The notes under the pieces were generated by a model that had not been told where the DNA came from, did no database searches, and worked only from the letters and a program-made list of their open reading frames with translations. The position numbers and the translations under genes were made by a program. DNA of 33,262 nt from a virus (lineage: Duplodnaviria; Caudoviricetes): the IMG/VR virus record IMGVR_UViG_3300037483_000150, positions 1-33,262 of that record; one strand, written 5' to 3'. Positions within the stretch are counted from its first letter, which is position 1. Each line of letters begins with the position of its first letter. Positions 23,155-32,493 of this stretch are shown here, piece after piece.

Positions 23155-25686
23155 TTATGCGTCTACCTTGTAGAATATTCCTGTCAGCTTCATGCCAAAC
23201 GGTTCAGTGTGGTTGATGGTAAAACTGCTTTTATTAAAATCATCCCAGCCGCCAAATACTGATATTTCAAATGCGCCTGTTTGTGCTACAGGTGGAGATC
23301 CAGGAGGATTTTGAATCAGCGTTTTCATGGCGATAGGAAATGTTAAATTATCTTGTGTTATAGTACCACCAATCGTATCAGCAAAAAGAAATGTTACGAA
23401 GCGTAAATGCTTGGTATCAATTAAATTTGAGCTTTTGGGATTCCCTGTCATTGATAATGAAATGGGTAATGGTGTGATTTCCACATTAATTGGGAATCCG
23501 TATTGTGCTTCTGAAACTTCCGTTGCCACACCATGTGCTATAAATTCAATATCGCCTGATGCGGCATTGTCACCGACTAAATCTTCAAATCCATAGCCAT
23601 CACCTTGCATTAGAATGTCTTGCGAGTTGAATCTATTTTGACTACTAATAGTGTCCGTTGGTGTTCCTGAATAATATCCTGTGCAATCCATATAGGCATC
23701 AAAGCTTAATTGCTCAATAAAAAATTGAGTTTCCAAAGGCCACGGCTCAATAGTTTCACCCACACCGAAATCAGTTATTTGAATACGGTTAGTGTCTGCT
23801 GCGGCATCTTCTTGAGTTAAATAGGCATAGAAGGTATTGGCATCTACACCAATTGCCCAATAATAAACACTGGCCGCTATTTGAGGTGATGTGGTAGGAG
23901 GTGTACCTGCACCAGATAACTTCCATGAGGTAGGCAACGTTGTTGAAAAATTAGAAGCCACTGCTGTAAAAGTGTCTGCTGTATTGCCAGTCAAGGCCAC
24001 GAGTGCCGCATTAACCGCTATTTGACGCTCTGTCAAAAACCATGCTCTGCCATCAAAGTTAGAAGTCACGGCTCTAAAGTACGCATTACCATAGCTTTGT
24101 TCTAATTCCGCATCGGTAAAGCCTGATACGTTTTCACCAATTAAGGATTGGTAAATTGCCATCGTACCATCGGCATTTACAATGAACATGTACCGCGAAC
24201 CTGCCCGAACCCTGTCTGTATAAGGGGCTTCGTCAATTGGCGTTCTGATTAATTGCTCATTGGCAACTGATATGATGTTGGACGTATAAGCATTATTAAA
24301 GCCATCCCAAAGCAAACTGTGCGCATCATTACCCGACAAAACAATAATCTGATTATCAATGCCTTGAGGCTGAACCACATCGGAAGCGGTTGAGTCCTGC
24401 AAGCTTAATGAGAAATTATTAGGTGTAATTACTGTCTCAATCGACAAAGGCGTTGAGTACACGCCAGAGTTTGTGTGAACCGTTAAACTTCGGTATGGCA
24501 CAATAAACTGAATGTAGTTTACTGTGTCTGAAGTAGGAAACCAACTTATAGCACTGTCATCATCCGAATCTGCTAAATCATCAAAGTCATCAAAGTCATT
24601 CGATACCGAACCCCATAAGCCGTTGCTCAATGTGTCGGTATTGGCAAAGAACGCACGGTTTTGGAATGACGAGCATTTGCGCGGCCATCCTTGGGTATCA
24701 GACCACGCAGGTTCAGTAATTAAAGACTGAGTACCAGGAATAGCACTGGTTGAATTAAAGGCTTGAATAATATCTACCGTTGCCTGATTCGTGCCATTGG
24801 TGGCTGTGATTCTGGCTATACCGCCATTGCCTCGGAACGCTCCACCTACATATTTTGCAGTGAAATTAAAAGCACCTGCGCTTCGTGTAATAATAATCCC
24901 ATAACCTGTAGTGGCAGCAGGGGTAAAAGCCGAAGTGTCATAGCCGCCACTAAAGTCAAATTGCGGTAGATTTCTGAACGTAACATCGGCAAAAGCCCAT
25001 GTGTTTTGAATAATGACATTGGTGGTTGTTCCTGCGCTTCCTATGACATAGGCATTTTCATTTAATGCGGCATCTTGAGCCGTGGTGTAAACACTAAATG
25101 AAGTGGTGGTTATGAATCGAATAAAATAAGTTCTATTTGCATGTATTTGTGGTGTAGTTGTGGGCATAGCCACTGCGGTAAAACGCACAGGGAAAAAAGT
25201 ATCAGCAGTAAATGGCCCAACTACATCAAGCGTTGTTGCGGTGAATCCAGTAATAGCCACAGACGCATTGGGTGAGCGCGTTAAATCTTTAGGTCGATAG
25301 ATTCCTGTGGTAGCTCGAAAGCGATTCTCAAGGATAGTGTGGTCTATTAACTGAACTTCATCGGCAAGGATTGGGCTTACAACGGTTGCCATTAACTGAC
25401 CTTCAAGGAATATATCAATAAAGCCACCGCGAAACAGCACTAGATAGCAGCACTCGTTTAAGTACTGAAATGCTTTGAAATAGGTTTGACTGTAATTGGT
25501 AACACCACTGATGCTTGCCCAGTAAACTGTGCCAAATCGTTTACCAGCCGAACCTTGTGGGTAGCAGATCACATTCTTAGCGCGCTTTAATCCTTGGTAA
25601 TAGGCTTGCAGAGTAACTCGTGAATACATTAAAGGCGATAATTCGCCCTTCGCAAAAAAGTCCTGCGACCATAGTATGTGTGCCAT
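23155..25686 (-). CDS. tail tubular protein B (nozzle)
   Basis: F..GELSP....R, NV...PQG...KR.GT, AWS...GWP....FQNR..FA motifs; 843 aa after tubular A. Confidence 0.88.
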   Translation of the reverse strand: MAHILWSQDFFAKGELSPLMYSRVTLQAYYQGLKRAKNVICYPQGSAGKRFGTVYWASISGVTNYSQTYFKAFQYLNECCYLVLFRGGFIDIFLEGQLMATVVSPILADEVQLIDHTILENRFRATTGIYRPKDLTRSPNASVAITGFTATTLDVVGPFTADTFFPVRFTAVAMPTTTPQIHANRTYFIRFITTTSFSVYTTAQDAALNENAYVIGSAGTTTNVIIQNTWAFADVTFRNLPQFDFSGGYDTSAFTPAATTGYGIIITRSAGAFNFTAKYVGGAFRGNGGIARITATNGTNQATVDIIQAFNSTSAIPGTQSLITEPAWSDTQGWPRKCSSFQNRAFFANTDTLSNGLWGSVSNDFDDFDDLADSDDDSAISWFPTSDTVNYIQFIVPYRSLTVHTNSGVYSTPLSIETVITPNNFSLSLQDSTASDVVQPQGIDNQIIVLSGNDAHSLLWDGFNNAYTSNIISVANEQLIRTPIDEAPYTDRVRAGSRYMFIVNADGTMAIYQSLIGENVSGFTDAELEQSYGNAYFRAVTSNFDGRAWFLTERQIAVNAALVALTGNTADTFTAVASNFSTTLPTSWKLSGAGTPPTTSPQIAASVYYWAIGVDANTFYAYLTQEDAAADTNRIQITDFGVGETIEPWPLETQFFIEQLSFDAYMDCTGYYSGTPTDTISSQNRFNSQDILMQGDGYGFEDLVGDNAASGDIEFIAHGVATEVSEAQYGFPINVEITPLPISLSMTGNPKSSNLIDTKHLRFVTFLFADTIGGTITQDNLTFPIAMKTLIQNPPGSPPVAQTGAFEISVFGGWDDFNKSSFTINHTEPFGMKLTGIFYKVDA

Positions 25687-25695
25687 TTGTCATCC

Positions 25696-26289
25696 TTAAC
25701 CAACTTGATTGCCAATAATAGTGCCAAGGTTTCGGTTAGCAAGAACAGGGAATGTGGCCTGTGTGAATTGAGGACGGTTCTGAGCCTCAACCGCTGCGCA
25801 CAGGGCATATGCTGATACTCGCTTGGCCTCAAGTGGATTGTAGTAATCGGGGCGTTCTGCGCTCGCCAATGCTAAATAAGCAGCTATCTCGTAAACGAAA
25901 TATTGGACAAAATGAGCCGGAAGTTTCGAGACATCGGGCATGAAGATGTACTCCATGAACCATTCACCCTGAAACTGCGCATAAATTTTAGAATTTTCAT
26001 AAATATCCCAAACATAAACATTGGGATAAACGCGAATCGTTTTAAGCCATCCTGCTGGAAGCAAATAAATTGTTTTCCAAGGAGTAGGTGGCACTTCAAC
26101 GGATTCAGAAAGCTGTTGTATCTGGGTTGCAAATCGCCAGTTATTTTGGGCAAGAACCGCAGGTAATAGCATGTCAAAGGCTTGCTCTGCGGCAACAACC
26201 ATTTGGTCGCCACCCTCAAAGCTTACAATAGGTGCATGGCCCAGCAAACTGATTGCATTGCTAACAATACTCTCTTTTGACTGAGCCAT
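25696..26289 (-). CDS. tail tubular protein A (adaptor)
   Basis: I.SNA..LLG..PI.SF, L....WRFA, Y.LP...L, P.HF.......A..LA motifs. Confidence 0.88.
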   Translation of the reverse strand: MAQSKESIVSNAISLLGHAPIVSFEGGDQMVVAAEQAFDMLLPAVLAQNNWRFATQIQQLSESVEVPPTPWKTIYLLPAGWLKTIRVYPNVYVWDIYENSKIYAQFQGEWFMEYIFMPDVSKLPAHFVQYFVYEIAAYLALASAERPDYYNPLEAKRVSAYALCAAVEAQNRPQFTQATFPVLANRNLGTIIGNQVG

Positions 26290-26299
26290 ATCTTGCTCC

Positions 26300-27520
26300 T
26301 TAAGAAGTGGCTCTTATGATTTGATAGTTAAATATCGCGTCATTTTGTGGGTCAGCACTGAATGTTACAGTAAGTGTATCATTGGTAACCACAGCGATTA
26401 ATGCAGTTACTACGCCAGTTCCTTGATCTACCATTTGTACAAATGCTGTATCAGTAGCACCAACCGCACCAGTTACTGTGAATGCTTCTGCTGCCGCTCC
26501 GCCTACAGTTGTTTCCTGACCTGCAAAAACAATCATATGACTTGGACGTACAGTTGCTGCCAACATTGCTTTGTCTACAGCTCCGGCCTGAATGGTTGTG
26601 GCACCAGTATTTGCAATTGCCACATCGCCACTCATAGCCACGGCAGTAGCTACGTTTCCAGCAGAACCAACCAGTATTTCAGCACTTGGTAGTGCAGCTA
26701 ATTTACTGTATGCAATTGCAGCCGCACTATTAACATCAGCATTAACAATTGAATCAGCGGCAATTGCTGTTACACCAGCATTGGAAATGGTCACATCACC
26801 AGTAATTGCAACAGAGGTGGCAACGTTAGCACCAGATCCAACAAGCATATTTGCGCTCGCTAACGGGGCTAATTTACTGTAATCAATTGCCGCAGAACCA
26901 CTTACATCAGCATTTACAATTGCGCCTGCTGTAATGGAAGTCACACCACCATTGGTTATGGCTATATCTCCTGTAACTGCCACTGCCGTTGCTACATTTC
27001 CAGCAGAGCCAATCAGTAGTTCAGCACTTGGAAGAGCTGCTAGTTTACTAAATGCAATGGCTGCTGATGCACTTACATCCGTATTGGTAATTTCTAAATC
27101 ACCTATCTTTGCAGCAGTCACAGCACCATCAGCAATCTTAGCTGTAGTTACCGCATCATCAGCGATTTTTGCAGTAGTAACTGCATCATCTTGAATATCA
27201 GCAGTTCCTACTACAGCCGCTGCTGAGTATGAAACAAGCGTAATGGTTCCTAAATCCCTGTCAACAGTAGCTACAATATAAATCCCTGATGCATCTGAGC
27301 CAGTAATATCTATACGATCATTGACTGATAACATATAAACCACATCAGCAAAGTAGTTAGCCGCTACTATGGTAGCCAGGGCATCTGTTGCTGAGGCGTA
27401 AGTAAACCATGCTGGACCATTCTCAATCACCGCGCCAGATTCAGGGTTAAAAGTGGTTGTAATTTGTCCAGCATTATATGCTGAGGTTTGTCGCACAAAT
27501 CTATTTTCTGCAAAAGCCAT
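26300..27520 (-). CDS. capsid decoration/head-fibre protein with internal repeats
   Basis: Directly after the major capsid gene. N-terminal Y....DA.ATI.AANYF domain, three AVT.AKI.D decamers and three 57-aa repeats. Confidence 0.65.
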   Translation of the reverse strand: MAFAENRFVRQTSAYNAGQITTTFNPESGAVIENGPAWFTYASATDALATIVAANYFADVVYMLSVNDRIDITGSDASGIYIVATVDRDLGTITLVSYSAAAVVGTADIQDDAVTTAKIADDAVTTAKIADGAVTAAKIGDLEITNTDVSASAAIAFSKLAALPSAELLIGSAGNVATAVAVTGDIAITNGGVTSITAGAIVNADVSGSAAIDYSKLAPLASANMLVGSGANVATSVAITGDVTISNAGVTAIAADSIVNADVNSAAAIAYSKLAALPSAEILVGSAGNVATAVAMSGDVAIANTGATTIQAGAVDKAMLAATVRPSHMIVFAGQETTVGGAAAEAFTVTGAVGATDTAFVQMVDQGTGVVTALIAVVTNDTLTVTFSADPQNDAIFNYQIIRATS

Positions 27521-27537
27521 TTTAATTTCTCCCTAAA

Positions 27538-28368
27538 TTAGACGGATTCGTCACAATCAATTGCGATAACACCACGAGGGTCAATGACCACCGCGCCAGC
27601 AGAAAAAATACCGTTTACCAACCAAGAAGTTCTGTCTGGCAAGTAGTTAATCTCTGTTCTAAAGTCATGACCTATCGCCATACCAGTAGACATTTTGTGC
27701 CAAGCAAGCGCAGTCAGAATGTCGCCAGTCTTAGGAAGACCACCCTCAGTCATCTGTGGGATTGTCACCATGTTAATACCCAAATAATCCAATACCCATC
27801 CACGGTCAAGTATTCGATTTTCAGTGTAGAAAGTAGAAACGAATTGATCGTCTTGCATTAAGGAACGCACGTTACTCGCACTCAACGCAATCCAACGCTC
27901 GCCTTTAGGAACAGCATTGTTTTCAAAGTACTCATACACTTGAGTAAACTTCTCATAATCAAAGTTAGTTCCACCATCAACTATCGTATCGCCTGGATCA
28001 GCAGCCAAAGCATCAATGATGATTTGGTCAGAACGTCTACCCATACCTTGACCTACCAACATGGCGTTTTCCATCTTAGCATCAAAGTTAACGGTTAACT
28101 CTTGTACAGTATCTACCGCAGTAGGAGTTGTGTACTTTTGAATTAAGCAAGTAACCTTGGTGTAGTCAGGGTCTTGGATGGTAACAGCAGCTAAGTAAGC
28201 AGTAGGAACAGAAATTACTTGGTCTACTTTACGAAACTGTTCGTAAGCACCGATAACATTATTTTTTAAACGAACGGAGTCTCGAAGCAAAAAACCTTTA
28301 GAGCGGTATTCAGCTTTTACTAACTCATCGAAGTCTGTTTGTTGTACAGCAGTAAGTGACATTGACAT
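27538..28368 (-). CDS. major capsid protein
   Basis: F...VK..Y...G..LR..VR, GRR.DQIIIDAL, VP...R, G.AIG.D...EINY.P..TSWLV....SAGAV.ID..G motifs of BPP-1/T7-like capsids. Confidence 0.92.
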   Translation of the reverse strand: MSMSLTAVQQTDFDELVKAEYRSKGFLLRDSVRLKNNVIGAYEQFRKVDQVISVPTAYLAAVTIQDPDYTKVTCLIQKYTTPTAVDTVQELTVNFDAKMENAMLVGQGMGRRSDQIIIDALAADPGDTIVDGGTNFDYEKFTQVYEYFENNAVPKGERWIALSASNVRSLMQDDQFVSTFYTENRILDRGWVLDYLGINMVTIPQMTEGGLPKTGDILTALAWHKMSTGMAIGHDFRTEINYLPDRTSWLVNGIFSAGAVVIDPRGVIAIDCDESV

Positions 28369-28503
28369 GATAATCCCTCATCAAATAATTAAGAAAGTCT
28401 TGCCGAAGTCGGCAAATCGTAGCTAATTACTAATTAGGGCTATCACGTATTGAAGGTGTCCGTTAGGGCTTCTGTGAGAGGTGTCCTGTTCGTATTTGCT
28501 ATT

Positions 28504-28532
28504 AGTGTAGTAAACAATTATTGCAATGTAAA
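28504..28532 (-). promoter_or_regulatory. sigma70-like promoter upstream of the major capsid gene
   Basis: TTTACA-N17-TACACT on the minus strand, about 135 nt before the start codon. Confidence 0.55.
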
Positions 28533-28550
28533 GCCCACCCTATTGGCATG

Positions 28551-29261
28551 CTATCTTCCAACAATCGATTCCAGTTTTTTCTCCATTTCTTTTCGGTACG
28601 CTGGGTCTGTTTTGTATTTTGTGTAATTGGTATTTAACTCAGACCGATATTCTTCAAGCGTCATGCCACCTGTTGAAACAGACGCATTGCCACCTGGTAC
28701 TAAAGAGGTTTGGCCAAGCATCTTGTTCCTGATTTCTTCAAGAGCTTCAATCTGTTCAGCCGTTCTCATACCAGACGTTAACGCATTAAAAGCTCGCTCG
28801 GTTAAATTAGAGCGTGCCCAGTTATTTAATTTCTGCAAACGTTCAGTAGCATTTTCACCTAGCTTGGCTTTTTCTTCCATCATGTCTGGCTTAAATTCGT
28901 CCAGATACAATCCAACCGTATCAAGGAACTTGTCCATCACCTCTTGTGGCACATGCTTGGATTTGGCAAACTCAGCCATTTCATGAAATGGCTCATAGTC
29001 TGGTTCTATCCAGCTTTCACCCTTGGAGAAATCATACTCTTTAGGGGCAGTTCCTAGACGCGACTCTAGTTCTTTATAGGCTTTGGCAACGTCTGCGACT
29101 GATTTATATTTCTCAGGCAAGAACTGGGGCCGCTCTCCATGTCCTGGTGTGTTTTCATCCCAGAACCAGTTAGGGGTGTCTGCTGCCTCTGGCGCAGTTG
29201 TTCCGCTATCTTCTGGAGTTGTATCTGGTGTGGTAATAGTGCCTTCATCTAGTAAACTCAT
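28551..29261 (-). CDS. capsid assembly scaffolding protein
   Basis: Acidic N-terminus, RP.FLPEKY....D.AKAY.ELE.RLG..P.EY and C-terminal Y..DPAYR. Lies between portal and capsid. Confidence 0.85.
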   Translation of the reverse strand: MSLLDEGTITTPDTTPEDSGTTAPEAADTPNWFWDENTPGHGERPQFLPEKYKSVADVAKAYKELESRLGTAPKEYDFSKGESWIEPDYEPFHEMAEFAKSKHVPQEVMDKFLDTVGLYLDEFKPDMMEEKAKLGENATERLQKLNNWARSNLTERAFNALTSGMRTAEQIEALEEIRNKMLGQTSLVPGGNASVSTGGMTLEEYRSELNTNYTKYKTDPAYRKEMEKKLESIVGR

Positions 29262-29575
29262 GTTGATTGTTTCTCCGCTTCGATTCTTTGTTCGTGGGCT
29301 TTAATGCTTCCACGGATTAATCTAAACGCCTCTTTGAACCCTTCGTAATAGAGTGCCGCATGACCTGCGTTTGGCATTGCTGGATTAACAAAGCCTGGCA
29401 ACAAGTAGCGTTCGACAAATTCATTAAGCAGCTTTTTCCCATCCTCACTCTGGAACACAAAATAACAAAGTTTGTCCAACTCCACCACATCAGGGCGCAG
29501 TTTAAGTTCATCAATTTTTTTCTGATAACCTTCAAAGTAATTCTCTTGTTGTAAATAAGGATTTTCTTCCGTCAT
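29258..29575 (-). CDS. conserved small protein between portal and scaffold (Bbp19-like)
   Basis: VF.SEDGK.LL......L and A.Y.EG......I motifs; synteny. Confidence 0.7.
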   Translation of the reverse strand: MTEENPYLQQENYFEGYQKKIDELKLRPDVVELDKLCYFVFQSEDGKKLLNEFVERYLLPGFVNPAMPNAGHAALYYEGFKEAFRLIRGSIKAHEQRIEAEKQST

Positions 29576-31191
29576 TGCGCTGGTGCTCCTTGGGGTTGTT
29601 GTTCTTGTCCATCAGGGTTTGACATCATGTCATCTTGCATATTCTGCGCATCCTGCGCGGCTCTTTGAACATCTTCGGGTGAGTTTAAATATCGTGAGTC
29701 AACCTGCATTTGCTCGGCAATTAAGTATGGAGCTAGTCCTGGATTGATATACATTAGCGCCGGACCAGGGCCAAATACGCCTTGCATCAATTGGTAGTAC
29801 TGAGTAAAGCGTGCAATATCCTGCTGTCCTTTAGCCAATGCCAATGGTGAACGGTATCGGAAATTTATCTTTACCCCTTTGATTTTAGGTGCAGGTAGCA
29901 AGCCCATCTTGTCGAGAATAAAAGAACACCGTTTAATCACAGGCCATAGAAACTCTTGCTGTAAACGTGAGAATAAAGGTCCAATTCGTTGGGCCAAATT
30001 TTGTTGCTGAATCATCACGGCTGCCGCTGTTTCAGGTTGAATACTTTCATTGGGGTTTACGTCATTAAAGAGCAACGTCTTAATCTGATTACGCAAATCC
30101 ATAATCGTCAATTGTGAGAATTGAGGATTACTGGAATCAGGTAGAGGTATGAGAGGAGGGGAGCCACCACTGCCGATAGGCGCAATAGGTATGACCGTAA
30201 ACGGTTCAAGCTTAAATGTATGTGGATTGAATACCGCATCAGAGAACCCCATGTAAGGTTTGAACGTGTTTAGATTGGCCGCTGCTAACTCAATTCGAGC
30301 GAGTTCGTTCAAAGAGATAATTGAAGGTAGTGCATCCATGACTGGGCCGCGACCAAAAACTTCGGAGTTTACTTTCTGGAATCGCCATACGATGCCAGGG
30401 TTCGTCTCAAATTCTTCGCACAAGATAGGGCATTCTGCATTTCCTACCATGTAGATATAAGGCTTCTTACGGTGAGGCATGTACATCACACCTTCGTATA
30501 AAGTTTGAATGGTGGCATCGGGGTTGTCTTCCACCATCATAATCATTTCAGGGGTAAGTTTGGCATTTTTCCATCGTATTTGGATTTCGTTTATTTTTAC
30601 GTCTTCCCAATACCGATACCATGATTCAACACGCCCAGTCATTGCTTCTTCAATGGCGAGCTTGTCCATAGGCACTGAGCTAAATAAAAGGGGCTGCTCA
30701 TCGGTAAATCCATTTATCACTAAGCAGCTTGTTCCAATTGCCAAATCGAAGTAACACTCGTTAATGACCACATCAAAGTTTGATTCATGAATGTAGACAA
30801 ATAGCTTTCGCATGTAATTGTCTAACATTTCCTGAATGCTATTGCGGTCAATGTCTTCTTCGGCATCAAATGTTTCATCGATATCCAGATAACCCCACTG
30901 TACTTGTGGTGGTGTCATGGCGTCGTGAAGTTTGGATACGAAAGTTTTAGTGGCTTCCACAGCAGTCGTGTCGTAAATTCGTGTTCCCTTGAATTCACCT
31001 TGCTGCTCTTTTGGTCTATAAAATCGGTTACGATAAGGAACAGCATAGTAATAGCACGCTTCAAGTAAAGATGCCCAAAGGTCGGCTACTTGCTGCGCAT
31101 TGCCACGTCTTTTCATAAATAACTGCCAAGTCTTTTGAGGGATTAATTCCTCTTCAAGACTGGCTACTGGTTCCATGTAGCGTATATACAT
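29572..31191 (-). CDS. portal (head-tail connector) protein
   Basis: W.....CY.YA.P.R, IYDTTA, SNF......Y.DL..GT, EVFGRGP...ALP.I..LN, RLQ.EFL.P...R and SPLA motifs. Confidence 0.95.
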   Translation of the reverse strand: MYIRYMEPVASLEEELIPQKTWQLFMKRRGNAQQVADLWASLLEACYYYAVPYRNRFYRPKEQQGEFKGTRIYDTTAVEATKTFVSKLHDAMTPPQVQWGYLDIDETFDAEEDIDRNSIQEMLDNYMRKLFVYIHESNFDVVINECYFDLAIGTSCLVINGFTDEQPLLFSSVPMDKLAIEEAMTGRVESWYRYWEDVKINEIQIRWKNAKLTPEMIMMVEDNPDATIQTLYEGVMYMPHRKKPYIYMVGNAECPILCEEFETNPGIVWRFQKVNSEVFGRGPVMDALPSIISLNELARIELAAANLNTFKPYMGFSDAVFNPHTFKLEPFTVIPIAPIGSGGSPPLIPLPDSSNPQFSQLTIMDLRNQIKTLLFNDVNPNESIQPETAAAVMIQQQNLAQRIGPLFSRLQQEFLWPVIKRCSFILDKMGLLPAPKIKGVKINFRYRSPLALAKGQQDIARFTQYYQLMQGVFGPGPALMYINPGLAPYLIAEQMQVDSRYLNSPEDVQRAAQDAQNMQDDMMSNPDGQEQQPQGAPAQ

Positions 31192-31204
31192 GTGCGTCCT
31201 TGTA

Positions 31205-31447
31205 TTAACCTAATGTATCAGAATACCCCGATACGTTCCCGCGCATGTCCGTGCGCCCTTGAGTAGCCATTTCTTTTGATGCTGCGTAATTTTGAACCTG
31301 ACTCATGGTCTTCATCTGGTTCATTTCACGCACCATTGGATTATATGACATCTGAACGTCCAAGTTCTGCTCACCCAATCGCACAGGTTGCGCAATGTCC
31401 GTTAATCCTTTCATGCTGTACATCGAGTTCTTCGTCAAGCTTTTCAT
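31205..31447 (-). CDS. small late protein
   Basis: 80 aa, AAGGAG SD. Ends GYSDTLG, echoing the neighbouring gene (GYSNTLG). Confidence 0.65.
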   Translation of the reverse strand: MKSLTKNSMYSMKGLTDIAQPVRLGEQNLDVQMSYNPMVREMNQMKTMSQVQNYAASKEMATQGRTDMRGNVSGYSDTLG

Positions 31448-31456
31448 ACATACTCC

Positions 31457-31747
31457 TTATCCAAGGGTATTGCTATAACCTTCGCTTACTTCGTCCAAAA
31501 AGCCTGGAGCGCGATAAGCACGTCTTGCGCTTTTTATTTGCTTTTTGTCTATTTTTTCTTTTTCAGTTTTGCGCTCACCTTCTACACGCTCTTTCTCTTC
31601 GGCCATGTCGGCTTTTTGTTTTTGATAAAAATCGATTTGTTCGGCTACGGCTTGATTGGCCGCGCGTCTGTCTGCTGAATGCTGATGAGGAATGGCGTTA
31701 GAGATTGCTTTTTCTGCGCCTTTTAGCCATTTTGATAATTTGCTCAT
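31457..31747 (-). CDS. small pre-portal virion protein (start probably ATG 31747)
   Basis: GGGAG SD before MSKLSKW. Charged coiled coil with C-terminal TLG typical of pre-portal proteins. Confidence 0.65.
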   Translation of the reverse strand: MSKLSKWLKGAEKAISNAIPHQHSADRRAANQAVAEQIDFYQKQKADMAEEKERVEGERKTEKEKIDKKQIKSARRAYRAPGFLDEVSEGYSNTLG

Positions 31748-31761
31748 TGGTTTAATCTCCC

Positions 31762-31896
31762 TTAAATCCAAATGTGAACATAGATAACTTTCGCTTGAAA
31801 CTCCGTTTCTAAGATTTCGCGATCAACAAATTGAATCGCATATGGAATATTAATCTGTTTTTGCAGCTTTCTCAATTGAGACAGAATTGTTGGCAC
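31762..31896 (-). CDS. 44-aa hypothetical protein (start probably GTG 31896)
   Basis: GGGGG SD before GTG. Fills the gap between the terS-like and downstream genes. Confidence 0.4.
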   Translation of the reverse strand: MPTILSQLRKLQKQINIPYAIQFVDREILETEFQAKVIYVHIWI

Positions 31897-32431
31897 TGTG
31901 GACCCCCATCCGTAATACGTCTTCCTTAACCTTTTCAAGCTCTTCTTGTAACTTGAATGATTCAAATGCTCTAATGCCTACGTTGATTGACTCCATGAGT
32001 TGCTTGACCTCGGAGGCCGAAAACTCTTCTTGGTTTGCCAATTCAACTAACTGCTGGTATTGCTTATAGGGATCGGATTTAGGATTGATGCCAAACCGAA
32101 CTCGGTTCTTGCCAATGCCGTAACGCTGTGCGCCAGTAAGACGCCAGAAATCAAAGTTAAAAAACTCTTCATCCTTGCCGCGCTCACCTTCCTCTTCCCA
32201 ATTACTCTTTGATAAAATTTTACTGTAAGCGTAACATCGTGCGAACAGTTTATACTTCTTAATCCAATTGTAAAATAGGGCGTCGCTGATTTGTGCTTTC
32301 TTACAAAAAGCAGTCATCGTGCCTTCATTGTTCATTACTTCGAGTATCATAGGGCAGTGGATTTCTTCTTTGTAATCCCTGTCGCCTCGTTTGAATTGCA
32401 AATACAGTTCTTTTGCGTCAATCTTCGACAT
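31850..32431 (-). CDS. terminase small subunit-like HTH protein
   Basis: Y..E.HC...LE.M...G....FC....IS...FY.W...Y..F...WE..G...FN...W......RYG pattern of TerS-like DNA-packaging proteins. Confidence 0.65.
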   Translation of the reverse strand: MSKIDAKELYLQFKRGDRDYKEEIHCPMILEVMNNEGTMTAFCKKAQISDALFYNWIKKYKLFARCYAYSKILSKSNWEEEGERGKDEEFFNFDFWRLTGAQRYGIGKNRVRFGINPKSDPYKQYQQLVELANQEEFSASEVKQLMESINVGIRAFESFKLQEELEKVKEDVLRMGVHSANNSVSIEKAAKTD

Positions 32432-32493
32432 AAATGAAATTCCCTTTCATATGGTTTAATATAACACAACACTTACGTTTAAGGATAAATGTC

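Noticed and set aside
13083-31701. Numerous plus-strand and alternate-frame ORFs overlapping the structural genes
   Set aside because: Shadow ORFs caused by codon bias of the long minus-strand genes, with no recognisable domains.
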